Below, piece by piece: positions 1 to 13,540 of a stretch of 64,000 nucleotides of DNA (position 1 is the first letter of the stretch; each line of letters opens with the position of its first letter). The notes beneath the pieces were generated by a model that made no database searches, was not told the origin of the DNA, and worked only from the letters and a program-made list of their open reading frames with translations. The stretch is from Camelus dromedarius. Its lineage: Eukaryota. The stretch lies in NCBI RefSeq assembly GCF_036321535.1, contig NC_087437.1, positions 103,418,001 to 103,482,000 on the forward strand. Reading direction: 5' to 3'. The translations under genes were made by a program, and so were the position numbers.

Positions 1-208
1 CCTGCCTAGTCCTAAAAAGGAGAGAGAGAGAAAGAAAATTTAAACAATAGACCCGGAAGATAAGTATATCATTTCTGTCTACTTTCTATTGGCCATAACC
101 TGATCACGTTGTCTTACCTTCCTACAAGGTTGCAGGGAGGGACAGGAATAATTTAACTTTGCATCCAGGAAGAAAAGAAAGATTCAATGGACACAGGAGA
201 TTCTACAC
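1..208 (-). mobile_element. Old MaLR (MLT1-type) LTR fragment
   Basis: 'ctattggccataacc...tcacgttg...caaggttgcaggga...ttctacaca' resembles the reverse-orientation end of MLT1 LTRs; highly diverged. Confidence 0.5.
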
Positions 209-614
209 AGCATTGCCCTATCACCCATTAATTAATCATTTCCTTCCCATATTAGTTGACTCAGACCTAGGATATCTTTTTTAGTATTTTAACATCTGTT
301 CCTGGCAAGAGCTGCTTATCAGCAACTGTCCTTCTCTATCTGTTCTGTACTAGAGCCAAATGCTTACATTACCTTCTCCCATTTGTACAACACAAGCTAG
401 TCTCATTAGATGATTTCAAACTGGAAATACAAACTAGGAACTTGGCTGAAAGCGTTTTACGTCAAATATTGACGTCCTCTGATACTGACCATACTTTCGT
501 TCTCTTTTAGTTATGGTTGGGCTTCTAGATTTATTGAAGTCCTTGGTGAAGGACCATTTGATAACTCTGCCAAAATCTTAAAAGAGAAATGTGCCTTGAT
601 TAAAAAAAATAGGA

Positions 615-902
615 ACATGGATGGAGCTAGAGATTATCATACTAAATGAAGTAAGTCAGACAGGGAAAGACAAATATCATATGATAGCACTTACGGTTAC
701 CAAAGGGGAAAGGGCAGGCAGGGATAAATTAGGAATTTGGGATTAACATATACACACTATTATATATAAAATAAACAACAAGGACCTACTGTATAGCACA
801 GGGAACTATATTCACTATCTTGTAATAACCTGTAACAGAAAAGAACCTGAAAAAAATATATATGTAAATATGTAAATAAATATATATATATGTGTGTGTG
901 CA

Positions 903-950
<48 letters not shown>

Positions 951-1017
951 AAACTGAATACTTTGCTGTACAACTGAAACTAACACAACATTGTAAATCA
1001 ACAACAACAAAAAAATT
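615..1017 (+). mobile_element. L1 3' end (ORF2 tail, 3'UTR, A-rich tail), cetartiodactyl/camelid type
   Basis: 'aacatggatggagctagagattatcatactaaatgaagtaagtcaga', 'caaggacctactgtatagcacagggaactatatt', 'aactaacacaacattgtaaatcaac' followed by an A-rich tail. Confidence 0.9.
856..950. repeat. Compound (TA)n(TG)n(TA)n microsatellite inside the L1 3'UTR
   Basis: Directly visible dinucleotide runs. Confidence 0.95.
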
Positions 1018-1139
1018 AAAATTCAGTTCAAGGGTTAGTTCCTCTGGGCCTTATAATCTAACGACTCTTTTCTGTGCTTCTGCAGAAACATGAATCTTGC
1101 TACATTGGTTGTTACCCTGAAATGGCTGTTTGTTTGATT

Positions 1140-1270
1140 CCCCCAGACTATCAGTCCCTGAGTGCAGGGACCATATGTTATTTGCCTTTCTTGTAGAATC
1201 TGGCACATAGCATGGTACATATTAGATCCTTAATAAATAATTTTGGAACAAGAAAAAGTATTAAATGAAG
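1140..1270 (+). mobile_element. L2 3' end fragment
   Basis: 'ccagactatcagtccctgagtgcagggaccatatg...tggcacatag...aataaata' matches the L2 tail pattern. Confidence 0.6.
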
Positions 1271-1384
1271 AAGGGTAATTAGAACCCAACAACTGAGGTT
1301 CTTTTAAAGTATAGAAGGATTGACTTCCCAAAAATTCAAAGGTAACTACTAACTTGAGACAGTTCTAGTCCTCAGTTCCCCACT

Positions 1385-1798
1385 GTAACAAAGCCTACTG
1401 ACCAAGATGGCCTTCCTATCTCCCTTGGCTTGACTAAATGTCAGACAGGCTTCTCCCTGACTCTATAGACTCCTGAGCTCCCTTTTCTTAGAATATTTAT
1501 GTTAGAAAACCTGTAGGTGAAAATTCTCTCTCTGCCCCTTTGAAATGTAAATCTTTTTTAAAAAAGCCTCTTGCCGGTTTTGCAATCAAGTACTGTCTTT
1601 CTTAAGGACCTAGGAGCCATCTTTTTGAAATGAAATCATCAAGAAAGAAAGAGCTACTGCCTTCCAGTCTAATTCCAAGTTGTAAAATTCCTTCCTGCGA
1701 GGAAGATAGAAGATAGTTGACTTTTCCTTAGGTTAGATCAATTAGCAAGCAGAGCAGCCTATTTACTATTTTTCACCCCGCATCTTAAAAACTCTACA
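1385..1798 (+). mobile_element. ERV1 LTR, MER34/MER39-like, partial
   Basis: Starts TGTAAC; 'ccttggcttgactaaa...gacaggcttct...ctcccttttcttaga...ctctgcccctttgaaatgtaaatc' is characteristic of this family. Confidence 0.7.
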
Positions 1799-2907
1799 AT
1801 TTTTTTTTTTTTAATTGGAGGTGAATTGTTTTGTCTTCTTTATTGCGACAGTCTTTTCTGTTCTTCCTTCCTGTTTAACTTTGTCATTTTCATTTTTTTG
1901 CCTGCCACTGCCTGGGAATCTTCCCAATTTTTGCCTCAAACCTTGGTCCTACCTCTTATTTATTTGCTGCTCAGGCATTTGCTGGTTTTAATTATTCATA
2001 TTATCTTATTCTTTATTTTTGATCTATTCTAATAAAGCTGATTAAATCCACTGATCTTGCCAATTCTACCTTCAAGGTCCACCAAGGCCATCTTGTATGA
2101 TCAAACTCGTGGGATTGTAAACAGGCTTGTATTGTCAAGATTTTTGCCCATCTCTTGCCAGACCTTACATATCTGAGCCAGCCATGAAATCTGCCTCTTC
2201 ATGACTCCAGATTTCATGCTCCTGCTCTGCTGAGCTGAATAATTATATATACATAAGTTTTCCCACCTTAGTTTTATGTTTCCATGTGGCTCTTGTCCTT
2301 ATGAGTCAACTAGTTGCTTCATTCACCTTAATTCCATGTATTATTTATGTAGGGATAGTTGTGCTAGCTGACCTGGGGCTTCCATGGTGATAGATGAGAT
2401 GCTTGGATTCAGCTTCTTTTTTTAAAAACACTCACTTTCTTTTCCCAAACTCATGGCGTCACTTTTTGTAAGTGTTTGCCTACTCATTACAAACATTTTC
2501 CTAATTTTGGGGGTCTATTTTCTTTAGATTAGTGAGTTTTTACTTTTTTTTTTTCATGAACTACAAATAGAAATGGAATGCACAAACCAGTTGGAAGAGA
2601 TTCTGGTTTATAAAAAGTAGTAAATCGAGGCCAGTAATGTCATTGGTGGGATATTACCACCTTGAGTTAAACTCTTTGCTTAATTCCACTGAGTATTCCT
2701 GTGAATCTCTGACCTGATGAAAAAACTAATTCATAATTTTCATTATGCATTACAAGAGCTCTCTCCGTCCTTACTATGTTTTTTTCACTTTCAGATCTGC
2801 TTATTTTTCAAGTTGAAATTTCTGAATGGAGGCAGAATAAGATGCACTGCTGAGAGAGAGTGAGAGACTGACCAAGCCAAGTATTCTATTCTTCTGACAA
2901 AATAAGT

Positions 2908-3394
2908 GAGACAGCCTGGGACCTGGGACCTGAGCCCTTTGCTGCTTTGCTTGCACAGCCTGGGACCTAGGACCCTGGGCTGCAATGCTTGCACCAGGAC
3001 TTAGCAACAGGATACAAAGAAACTGTAAGGGACTAAAAATAACTGTGTACATGCAGCAGCTGGGGTGAGTTTGAGCAATAAGATACAAAAAGACCAAAAA
3101 CCCAACTGTCATTCTGAGGAGTCAGGAGCAGAAATAGGACACTCTGCATGATCCCTGCACACAGCACCACCAAGGGGGTGGGCAGACCACCAAAGCCAAC
3201 TCTCCAGCCCAACCACTAGGCCTGCCTCTACCCTTATCCCATTTAAGGGACCAGCTTGCCCCGCACCCCTCAGGGAACAAACAAGGGCACCTCCTGCTAC
3301 AGTACGAGTCCCAGTAGAGCCCTGCCTGAATTTCTCTCCTGTCCCGGTATCAATTTCTATTGTTTAAGGAGGCCAAGAACCCTGGTCAGTAACA
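2908..3394 (+). mobile_element. Solo ERV1-class LTR (lineage-specific)
   Basis: TG...CA termini (tgagacag...ggtcagtaaca), repeated 'cctgggacct' units, TATA-like 'tttaaggg', GC-richer than the flanks; no clean TSD seen. Confidence 0.75.
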
Positions 3395-3589
3395 TACACA
3401 TCTCTGAATCTCTCTTCTGGAAGGATAACTACACAATTTTTGTGTAGAACTAGGGTCTTTGAAGCAAGACAAGAAAGTAAAACTTTTTCTTTTACTCAGT
3501 CGTACTGGAGGTCAGCTTCTCTCAGAAAACATAATGACATAATGTGTCAATCCAAGTCCATATATCAAGATAAACTCTTTCTCTGAGTA

Positions 3590-3900
3590 TTTTTTATTAT
3601 GAAAAATTCCATCAATTTTATGGGTAGAGAGAAAAGAATAAACTCCAAACATACATCATTGAAATAGAAATGATTAACATTTTTCTAAACTTGTTTCATC
3701 TCTTTTCAATTTCTCCCTTCTTTCTTTTCCTTTTCTTTTTCTATGATAAAGTATTTCTAAGCAAATCTCAGTCCTTCCTAGCCTTTCACTCATTGTGCAG
3801 ATATAAAAAGTACAGTCATTTTCTTAAATAATCTCAATACCATTATCATATCTAACAAAATTCCTTAGTATCCGATTTATACAATGAATTTTTCATAGAA
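3590..3900 (-). mobile_element. Old L1M(E) 3' UTR fragment
   Basis: 'tttttattatgaaaaatt...gtagagagaa...cttgtttcatct...ccattatcatatctaacaaaatt' resembles an L1ME tail in reverse. Confidence 0.55.
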
Positions 3901-3917
3901 TTTATTTAAATTTTCTC

Positions 3918-5030
3918 AGAGGGTGGCACAAGGTTAGACTTCAAATGAGATTTTTGGAGGTCTAATAAAGGCAGTGGTATTCCTGGCTTATTCAACAGCC
4001 AGAGTAAATCATATTTTAACATCCACCTTATCTATAAGACACAATTATTTTTAGGAATAATGATAAGATGAAACAAGTGTCAATAATGGCCAGAAAAAAG
4101 CACAATGAGAATTTTATCAAACTTCCTATGTTTGAAGTCATGACAAAAAATTAAAATATCGAGCAAAGAGAAAAATAACAGATTGTTACTTTTTAATTTC
4201 ATTAAGTATAATTTTTGGAAAGGAGGAAAAAAATGCCTTTATCTTGATTGTTGCATTAACAGGTAACATTACAGTTTTTGTTTTTGAGTCTTACCTTGTA
4301 CAAAGTTGTCAGTTACTTTTTTAAAGAGATTCTCTTCATGTTCAATATCTATTATAGGCAGATTTGTCCATCTATTTTCTCTCCTTATTGGTCAAGGATG
4401 TTTCTTATTATTTTTAATTTTGAAAAGCATTTTAGTTTTCAACTTATTCTCTCCCACAAATTAATGTATATAGGTGGTTAAGAAAAGTCTTAAATATAAG
4501 TTTTGCAGAGATTCATAAAAATCCTTCCTGGGAATCTGTTATCATAGATTTTTTCTGCTCTCACAAATTTTCCATTAAAATATCTCTAAAAATGCATCAT
4601 AAATTTCAATTATATTTATTAAAACCTTCTAAAGGTATTTTTCTACTACAAAAATTATTAAAAATGGCTAAATGATAGCAAACATTGACATTATTGATTC
4701 ATTAATTCAGAATGAGTATCCAGTTCTTGATGAAAATAATCAAGGAAGTAAAATATTTCTCTTTTGAAGTCTTTGCCAGTATGAGCATCTTTTTTCAGTT
4801 CTCCAGGCATTCTTCTTTGAAATTTGAATCTACTTTTTTTGGAAGGTTCCATTTCCTTACTTTTGTGGTTGCATAATTAATGGCCTACTCCACAATTTCC
4901 ATGCACTGATTTTCAAAGAATGATTTCAAACCATAGTGTTTCACAGCGCATTTTTCAAGGCCAATTCTGGCTGTTTGGGAATATATTTTGCTTCTGATTA
5001 ACCTCATTTAAAACTTCACATGGGGGAAAC
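3918..5030 (-). mobile_element. hAT-Tip100 (Zaphod-like) DNA transposon fossil, transposase C-terminal half
   Basis: Minus-strand translation gives RRMPGELKKDA...FKREIFYFLDYFHQELDTHS (~4820-4705), DFYESLQNLYLRLFLT, CFSKLKIIRNIL and ENRWTNLPIIDIEHEENLFKKVTDNFVQGKTQKQKL* (stop 4269-4271). These resemble the hAT C-terminal dimerisation motif (ERSFSKLKLIK...RL..LA.L.IE); stops and frameshifts present. Confidence 0.8.
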
Positions 5031-7989
5031 AGATAACCGATAAAAAATTACATACAGCTCTTGCAAAAAGTATTACATAATACTTTTAAGATTGGAGACA
5101 CAAAATGTACTGAAAGAAGGTAAAATCATTATGAATTTACTCTCAAGATGAACTGCTGTAACTAAGTCTCAGAGCACTGAGGGTTGTCTGTATAACTAGA
5201 AATTCTCTTCATTAACTTCCACATAGAAAGAAATGATTTGTATTAAGGTTTATTAAAGGGTAAATAATACAAATGTAGTAAGTTGAAGCTTGTAGTTATA
5301 TTACTGAAACTAAACATTAACCTCAGTAATTGTTTAGAACTTTTTAGAACTTAGGCTAACAAAAGATAGTTTCTGATACAGTTTAGCATTGTTAGAGCAT
5401 GATGATAATACAAAGAGCAATGACATTTATTCAATGTTATTATTGTTTTCAATTTCTCCACAAACAAATGTACCCACACCCTTATTGCCTTTACCCAAAG
5501 TAGACAGCTCTCGCCGCCCTACTCTTGGCAGACAATTGAATGAGGCTACAGGAGCCTTCACTTGTTTTCAGTGTGTGGAATTGGAAAGGTTGAATCAGGG
5601 CAGCTAGCATCTCTCTCATTAGGCCTTGGAAAAATCCCATCTCTTGTGTGCTGAGTCCACTTCTCACACTGAGCTTAGATTTTGTAAACAAATCTATACA
5701 CAAATCCTCTAGTTGTTTGTTTCTGCCTGCAGAATAATAACTTGAATTTCTAAACCTGCTACAAAAATCTCTCCTGACTATTCCCCCACCCTCACCCTAA
5801 GTCCTCATTCGCTCATCCTCACAATCTCTCCCCCTGTCTGCAGTGCCCCAGGCTCTCTCACACGTATGCTCATTTTTTTTTTTTTTGGAAGCTCTTAGTA
5901 ATTTTGAGTGGAGGGATTAGGGTAAATTGTTTAAAATTTAAGGCCCAGAAAAAATACTTGTTCATCTGAGAATATTCCAGACATCTATCACAGAGAATGA
6001 ATTTTTCCGGGCCCACAGCTTTAGGGCTATTCTTACCCCTCTTCAAATATCTGGTGGAAAGAATGTGTCCACCGTCTGTTCAGTAAATGCTTTTGGTTTT
6101 AAAAAAGTATAAAATGAGATTCTGTTGGAGCAAAACACATTTATTCATATTAGTTACAAAAAATTTCAAAGAGATAATTTAAACATGAAAATCAGTAACC
6201 AAGCTTAATTACATCTTTAGAGATGTTTTGAATATATGAAACTCATCTATTGTTAAAAAGTTTGTTTGCTATGTTCTGGCTATCGCAAATAACTTGAGGT
6301 CCCTTTCAGCAGTCTCTATCTTACTGTACTGCTTATGCATTTTGCTTTACTGGTTTCCTCATCACTTTCTATATGTCTCTATTTGTAGGTATAGAAATGA
6401 AAGAGGGATAGCATTTTGTGATAGAATTTTGCCTATGACTGCAAAATTTATCACAGCTGGAACTGTTTCAATGGCCAATATGTTAGAAATCCTAAAAATA
6501 TTGAGATGCAACGTTTACACCAATGTTTAATTTCTGTCTGTAAAACATGCTTAAGAGTAGCCCATTTAAAAAAAAAAATTAGACCTAATTAGAGTGAATA
6601 ATGATAAAATGTGGATGAATATATCCCTTAACTACATTCCCTGTCAAGTATTCATACAGAACCCAATGAGTACAATATACTTTGCCAAGTGATATGATGT
6701 ATGCCATATGATATATGCCATGTGATATGTTTTTACCATGTGTTAAATTCAGTTATACAAGACAGTATGACTGTGACCGAGGAGCTCACAGAATGGTCCA
6801 GTTGAAGATCAGTATGCAACTGTTGACATTGTAGTGTAGCTGTCACTTTCCCTGGAAAATCTTTCTAGCCCCCCACTAGTTCTCTAAGGAAAAGCATCAC
6901 TGGATGTGCTCTTATACTACTCAGGGGAAATCGCCATCACTGCAGTGAACTCATTGTGCTACATCATAATTATATAATTCGCCAGGGTGTGAGTTCCTTA
7001 AAGATACAGGCATAATAGATAGACATCATTTTCCCTCTCTGAGGCCTAGAATCCAGTGCATTGTATATTCATTGTATGACTGTAAAATCCGTTTCTAAGT
7101 ATGTCGTAAGCACTTTGTATTACACGAATTTTCTTAGAGAAGATGTGGTGTGTGTGAGTTTTAATTTCTTTAAGCATTGCTTTTGTTAGTCCTTCCACAA
7201 ATTCTGGAAAATTTACCCTAATGTAAAGTATTGTATTTTCCAAAATAAAGTTTAAAAAAAAGATTAGTTAAAACTTTACTGTTTGGTTCTCAGGGATTTG
7301 AGAAACAACAGTGAAGTTTTGTGACCATGAGCAGAAAACATTTTGTTTTTCCTGTTTGAACATTGTAATTTCTATCAAGTTAAAGAAAATTGTTTTTCTG
7401 TCTCTCAAATTGTCCCCAGAGATATTGATGTGGGAAAAATGTAGAACAAAAATGAGAATAATTATTTTCCGTTACCTGTAGTTTATTTTCTTATGTTACA
7501 ATTAGAATAGCCATTCAATTGTACGTAACTTCTATGATTTAAAAATTCAAAATTTTGTCACCTATGAAATATAATTGACAAATGCACTATATTGTAGCAG
7601 CAAATTTTATACTTTTATAAGTATAAAAAGTAATTTATAATCATGGAATAGAGAAAATATAGGCAAAAATATAAAAAGTAACTCATAAGCCAAAAGCTAT
7701 ACATTATATTAATGTTTTAGATAAATAGATTGATAGACGATATAGAGAGATAGATATATTTCTTCTTCTTTACATGCAGTATATATTTGCTTTACTCTGA
7801 ACTCATCTAACACATTTCACACAATAAGCTTTAGGCTACAGATGTGCAGTGTTTTGTGTTTCATTTTGATATTAAACCCATAGTCAATGCTTACTTTCAA
7901 AGGTTTGAGTGTAAGCTAAGTAAATTATGCCACATTTTTATTTTCAGCAAATTGATTTTTATAATTATCCTTTAAATTAAAAAAATATG

Positions 7990-8190
7990 TGTTCTAGTTA
8001 TCCTATATCTCTTAATAATTTATGGATCCTGGCATCTCCTGAGACACTGAAAACTATTGATCTTTTCCTCACCAATTAGCAGAAATGCACAGAGGTAAAC
8101 ATTTTTGCATGCATTGTTAAGATATCCATATACCCACTGAAATCCACTAATGAATCTTTAAAAGTCTTTGAAAATGAAGGTAGGAAAAAA
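7990..8190. mobile_element. hAT-Charlie-type MITE remnant
   Basis: 'tttatggatcc...gaaaactattgatcttttcc...gaaatgcac...ttttgcat...ccactgaaatccac' resembles small Charlie-family non-autonomous elements. Confidence 0.4.
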
Positions 8191-10389
8191 TCTCTGATTT
8201 CATACTTTACAAAATCTTCAGTTTAACTCTAGGAAAATATATTAACTAAATACTTTGTACATAATATCTTCTTTATTACTATTTAATTATACTGGAGTGA
8301 TAGGTAATCTCTAATAGTAGAGATAGGTGAATAGTATTTAAATTCACCAGTTCTTAATTGATTCTTTATGTATTCCAAGACAGATATCATTACATAATAT
8401 TTCCCATGTTCCAATATATGTAAATTTTCATATTATACATTCATATAAGTACTTGTATAGACGTAAAAAAAAAACCATACACACTATAATGCCAAGCTAT
8501 ATTCAGTGATGATGGTTATAGTTCCATTAAAAGTTATTAAGTCCTCCAATCTTGGTAACAGATATTAACAGGAAATAATGAAAATTTCCTGATGAGATAG
8601 TCTGGTCTTAGAAGTGTTTTAGAAAACAAGTAAAGTGCAAAGTTTCACTAGGCCCCTCAAATAAAAATGATGTAAACCCACAGATGACAGTTTAATGGGT
8701 TTAGGCAGGAGGATGGGGCAATATAATATCAAGATAGATGGTGCTGAATCCCATGGATAGATTCGGTTACTGACTCTACAGATCAATAATGGCAATCATG
8801 ATGATGATTTACTGTGGGGGAAACATATTTTGGTGGTATCTAGGGCTTGTCTGACAATGCATATTCAAAAGACAGATTAAATGCCCTGAAATGTTAACCT
8901 TGTCATTGACGATTTTAGTATTTTTTTTTTGGAAATTCACTAAAAAAAGACTTTTTTTTCTTTTAAAAATTATTGGGCTGAATAAAAATACGTGTTTGTA
9001 TCAATTCCAGCAGAGGATTTTAGGATGTTTCAAAATATGACACTAAGGTTAAACTACACTTCAATCAGAAGGTCTAATATTAATCTTTACTCTTTCAAGT
9101 GCAAACTCACTGTAGATTAGGAAATAAAACCTCTATTGAGCACATTACAAAGAGAAAAAGTGACATTGAAGGATCTTCATTATACTCAAATTGCAAAATG
9201 ATATATTGTGTTGTATTCAGGGAGGGTGTCAGGATAGCATGAAGTTGGACACCATTGCATCTGTTAGGAAAACAAGCACTGACATCTCTGCTATAAGAAA
9301 AATTGCACTTTTTGTTATGGAGATTGGCAAAAAATGCAATTAATCAAAAGTCAATTTCAAGGTATTTGAGAGTTCCTCCCTCTTCATCCAAAATAACAAA
9401 CAACAGCATATTCAGAATTTTATTCCCTCAAGTTGTCAATTTTCTATTTATTAATTTTTGGTATGTCTCTAAATATTACATATAATTATGATATTACATA
9501 AAACAGTAACATAAGTAATAGTTAAATAATTTGCATAGGAGAACTCCTATCATTAGACATAACAATGAATTTTTCCTATGTCTGTTGCTCTTCTCTAGCA
9601 GTGGTATAAAGAGACATGATTAAACATGTCTATCAGGGAGGCTTGCTTATTTTTCTGGAAAGTACTAGCAAGAGTCAATATCTGAGTCTAAGTCTTTGAA
9701 CCTCTGTCTATCAGTAAGCCATATCTTTATCTGTGCCTTTGTTTCCACAGTGGAAAAATGCCAGCCAATGTAACCAAGGGAAAGAAATGCAAGCTTCCAA
9801 TGTCATCTCAGTGACAAATGTCAAATTGCAAATAAAATACTAAAATGTTTATATCATTTGTTGGATTTAATTTGACATGATTTTAATGACTTTATTTTTC
9901 TTAGTAAAATTACTCAATAGAATACTAAAGCATATTATTTTATTATTGTTTTACAGAAATACAATTTTACTTTTAGAATCTTTATTATGTTATATTATAC
10001 ATTACCAATATCTTTAAGCTTCATTTCATGTAAGGATCCAGGTTTAGAACAAACTTATTCTCTCTTATTCCCTCATTTAGGCCCATCAAACATACATTTC
10101 AAGGAACCTACACAACATTTCTTTTTCAAGTCTTCTTTATCCATTTGATGATTTCTCTGTCTTGCTTACTGGGTTTAATCCTATAGACAGTCATGATAAT
10201 CATCTCTTGCATATATCCCCAGGTCACGTTCCCTTTCTGGTTTCACATAGTCATTTTGAAAAATCTGATTAAATTTACCTCCCTGACTGTTCCATGTCTA
10301 TACTGCATGCAGCTGATTGTGGTTGGAAAGTAGTTTGCAAAGAGATATTCTCAATCTCCTTTATCTACCCATTCTCTCTCTCCCATTCT

Positions 10390-10600
10390 TCTCTCTCTCT
10401 CTTTCTCTCTTTTCCAAGCATTTATTCACTTTCAACATTATATTTAATTTGTATATTGTAACTACTATTTATTTATATATTAGCTCCTTTCCTAAAATGG
10501 ACATCCTTACAAGAGCTGGGATCTTTGATGTTTTGTTCATAGATGTATGTCAAGTGTCTAATGTATTAAACACTCAAAGATATGTGTTGAAAGAATGAAT
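10390..10600 (+). mobile_element. L2 3' end fragment
   Basis: 'gacatccttacaagagctggga...ttttgttcat...cactcaaagatatgtgttgaaagaatgaa' matches the L2 terminus. Confidence 0.65.
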
Positions 10601-13399
10601 ACTCTATGTCCTTTAAAGTGTAGGTTTCTGTCTTCAGATTTTTCACATTGTATGGGTTTTACAGAAAGTTGTTTTATTTTAGACCCATTGAGATTACTAA
10701 AATCACATTGTGTAAGTATGTTTGTGGGTGTTTTGCAGATAAAATGTTGGTTATCTTTTCTATCTCATTCTCGCTCTCCATCCTGGATGGATACATTGCT
10801 ATTGAAAACTTTCACAGAATAATTAGAATGGGCTCTATTCTAATTAGATTCTAAAAGCTTGTCTCCCTTTTGACTCCTCCTTGCTTGTGGGTCGCATCCT
10901 TTCCCAGAGATGCCTGGTTTCTGAGGGAGACAAAAGAAGAGTTGCTCCAAGCATATGAGGGCAAAATGTAAGTTTACTGAGTTGCAGCTTTTACCTTCCT
11001 TTCGATAAAACATTTTTAAATTAAATTTCAGCTTTCAAAGTCAATCAATCTAATATAATAATTGCATCAATCCCTTTAAATTGCTAAATCCACTGAATTC
11101 TCTTCTATAAAAACTGATTGTTTTCTGGACTTACAAAATTTTCGGTTAATAATACAGTGAGGGGACATTTGTCTCATGATTCTCAATTTGGAAATGAGGA
11201 AACTGAGGCTCTGAAACTTGTCCAAGGTCATGAATATGAAGTACTTTGTACTTTGAAATGGCTCCTGAGACTTTTATTTTGAGAAGCCAATATGAAACAT
11301 TCCATGCATGGAGGAAATTATACCTTCATGTCTCTTTTGGGAGAGGAAAAATTACAATTGAAAATATTTCTCATTCATATAGCCTTGATTCTATTTGACA
11401 TTTTAACTGGACTATCTTTACCCTGTATAATGAATGGATTAAGTAATTACATTACCCTATAGATTCTATTAGCATAGGCAGACATTCAAATTTGGGAAAC
11501 CAATTTGGCTGGCAAATTAGAAGAAGAAGTTAGTTGAAATAGCCTGAGGAAAATGAAAAATAGGATTTCTTTTACATTAAGTCACAGGTTACAAAATTAG
11601 AAGTCTGCATTGTTCTTTGTTAAAGAAACATATCTCATTCACATTATAATACACACTACTAGATTTTATATAATTCACTGCAGAATAAGATATTTTTCCT
11701 TCTTGTTACCTGGTATTATAATTCTCTTCTTTCAGTGTAGCTAATAAAATGGTTGAGATTCCATAGTACTTTTTCATGTTCTTCTTTATTATAACACAGC
11801 AGCGCTTCAGAATGGAATATGCACCTCATCTGGTCACAGAGCAGCCCATTGTGTCTGTCGGCTCTGTGGCCACAGCTGTGATGCTCAGCCCCGACAGACT
11901 TATAAAACATACTGTTTGTTTGATAAGGCATTCATCTGAAAAATGGAAAACAAAGCAAACAGAGGTGGCAATTTTTGAGATGTTTTATTGTATCTGAATA
12001 ATTATAAATAATCCTTATACTTCCAATAATTAATAACCATTGTGTCCCTAAAAAATCTTGACATCACAGGCTTATGTAAAATTCTCTTCTATCCTTCAGA
12101 AAAGCCTTCATTTTGGTCTCTTACTGCATCAAATGAAGGGAATATAGTTAATGAATTTTAAGTTCAGATATGTGTATGGCACACACACGATGTCAGAGCT
12201 AGAAGGGTCCACATTAGAAAAATATTTAGCTACTTTGGAATATATAAAGAATATAAGTAGGAAAACACCTCTAGGGTCTAATAATTGCTATCACTGAGTG
12301 AGCATTAACTAATGCAGTTCACTAATAATTCACTTAGTGCTCAAGCCATCTGTATCAGGAACTGAGAATTAGAGACATTTAATACTGCAACATGGCTGAA
12401 GTCTGCAACCAGGAACACTGAATCCAGAAACCATTTCCTAATAGCCTGTGTTGACTGGCTTTACACTATATAATAGGGGCTAAATAATTAATACTGTAAG
12501 CTCAATAAGCATTTTACTTTGTCTAGTTTATTCAAAGACTTTTGTCTGAGTTTCACACGTGTTTAAGACAATTCCAGAAATAAAATAATGCTTAATGTCA
12601 ATTCAGGGAGTTATTGAGTACATGTACCTGTTTTCAATTTGTACAAAAAGCATAAATAATTGTATTAGTAGTATATTTTGATTGGAAGCATTCTTAAATG
12701 ATGTCTTCACTAATTTTTTTTAGTAGTCAAGCGGAAAATATTACAGATGATTTAACCAAAATGAAAACAAATATTTTATTTAATGTGTAATGTGCTTTCA
12801 AAAGCACATTCTTGTCCTTTTGTAAATTGTGTAAAAATTCAATGAAAAAATATTGAACATTTGGTAATCTAAACAGATCAATTAACCTACTAACTTTAAG
12901 AATCAGTTGTTTAGCTATTTGGGAGTTACTTCAGCCACAGGTTTGTTTATAACAAGTTTATAAATTCAATCTATTTCTAAAATATGAGGTCTGGGGAAGT
13001 AAAGCCAGGGTCAGGATCTTGAAGCTAACCATGTATGCTAATATAAAAACTCTCATATTAGCTAAACTGAATTATTTAGATGCAATCAATAGTGTCTGAA
13101 ATTCCAAATTCCTTAAAGCAACAGCAATATGATATTATGTTCAAATGTCTGGTTTACTTTTGGAAGGTAAAAACATCTGTACTCTGTGGTTATTATAGTC
13201 CTGACACTTGGATAATATTTCTGTTAGGGCAAGCAACTGGTCTACCCTGAAGGAGAAACTAGAATTAGATTAGTTACATAACACGTAAACAACTTCAAGT
13301 ACATGTGTAATTGTTAGTGGGTTAATTGCATCACATAACATTTTGAAAATACTTGCTCTTATTTACATTTTACAGTTTTCAATGCATTCATTTTTAAAG

Positions 13400-13540
13400 T
13401 GTGTAAAAATCAGATCCCTTTTCCTTCATCCTTGCAATTCTCACCAAGTAGTTCTGGGATATGAATCAGAAGTTTGTGTTCTTAAATAATATCCAGGTGA
13501 TTACAGGTTAATCAGGTATTGTACTCTGAGATACACTGAT
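13400..13540. mobile_element. MER5-like hAT MITE fragment
   Basis: 'caagtagttctgggat...ccaggtgatt...tactctgagatacactg' resembles the MER5A pattern. Confidence 0.45.

Noticed and set aside
786..1093. ORFs with YIYI/HTHT/VCVC repeats
   Set aside because: Translations of the microsatellite inside an L1 3'UTR.
2183..2218. Perfect 11-bp inverted repeat CATGAAATCTG/CAGATTTCATG with 14-nt loop
   Set aside because: One such stem is roughly expected by chance in 64 kb of AT-rich DNA; no other support.
8079..8094. Apparent 12-15-nt micro-exon ending AG|GTAAAC
   Set aside because: Lies within a probable hAT MITE remnant.
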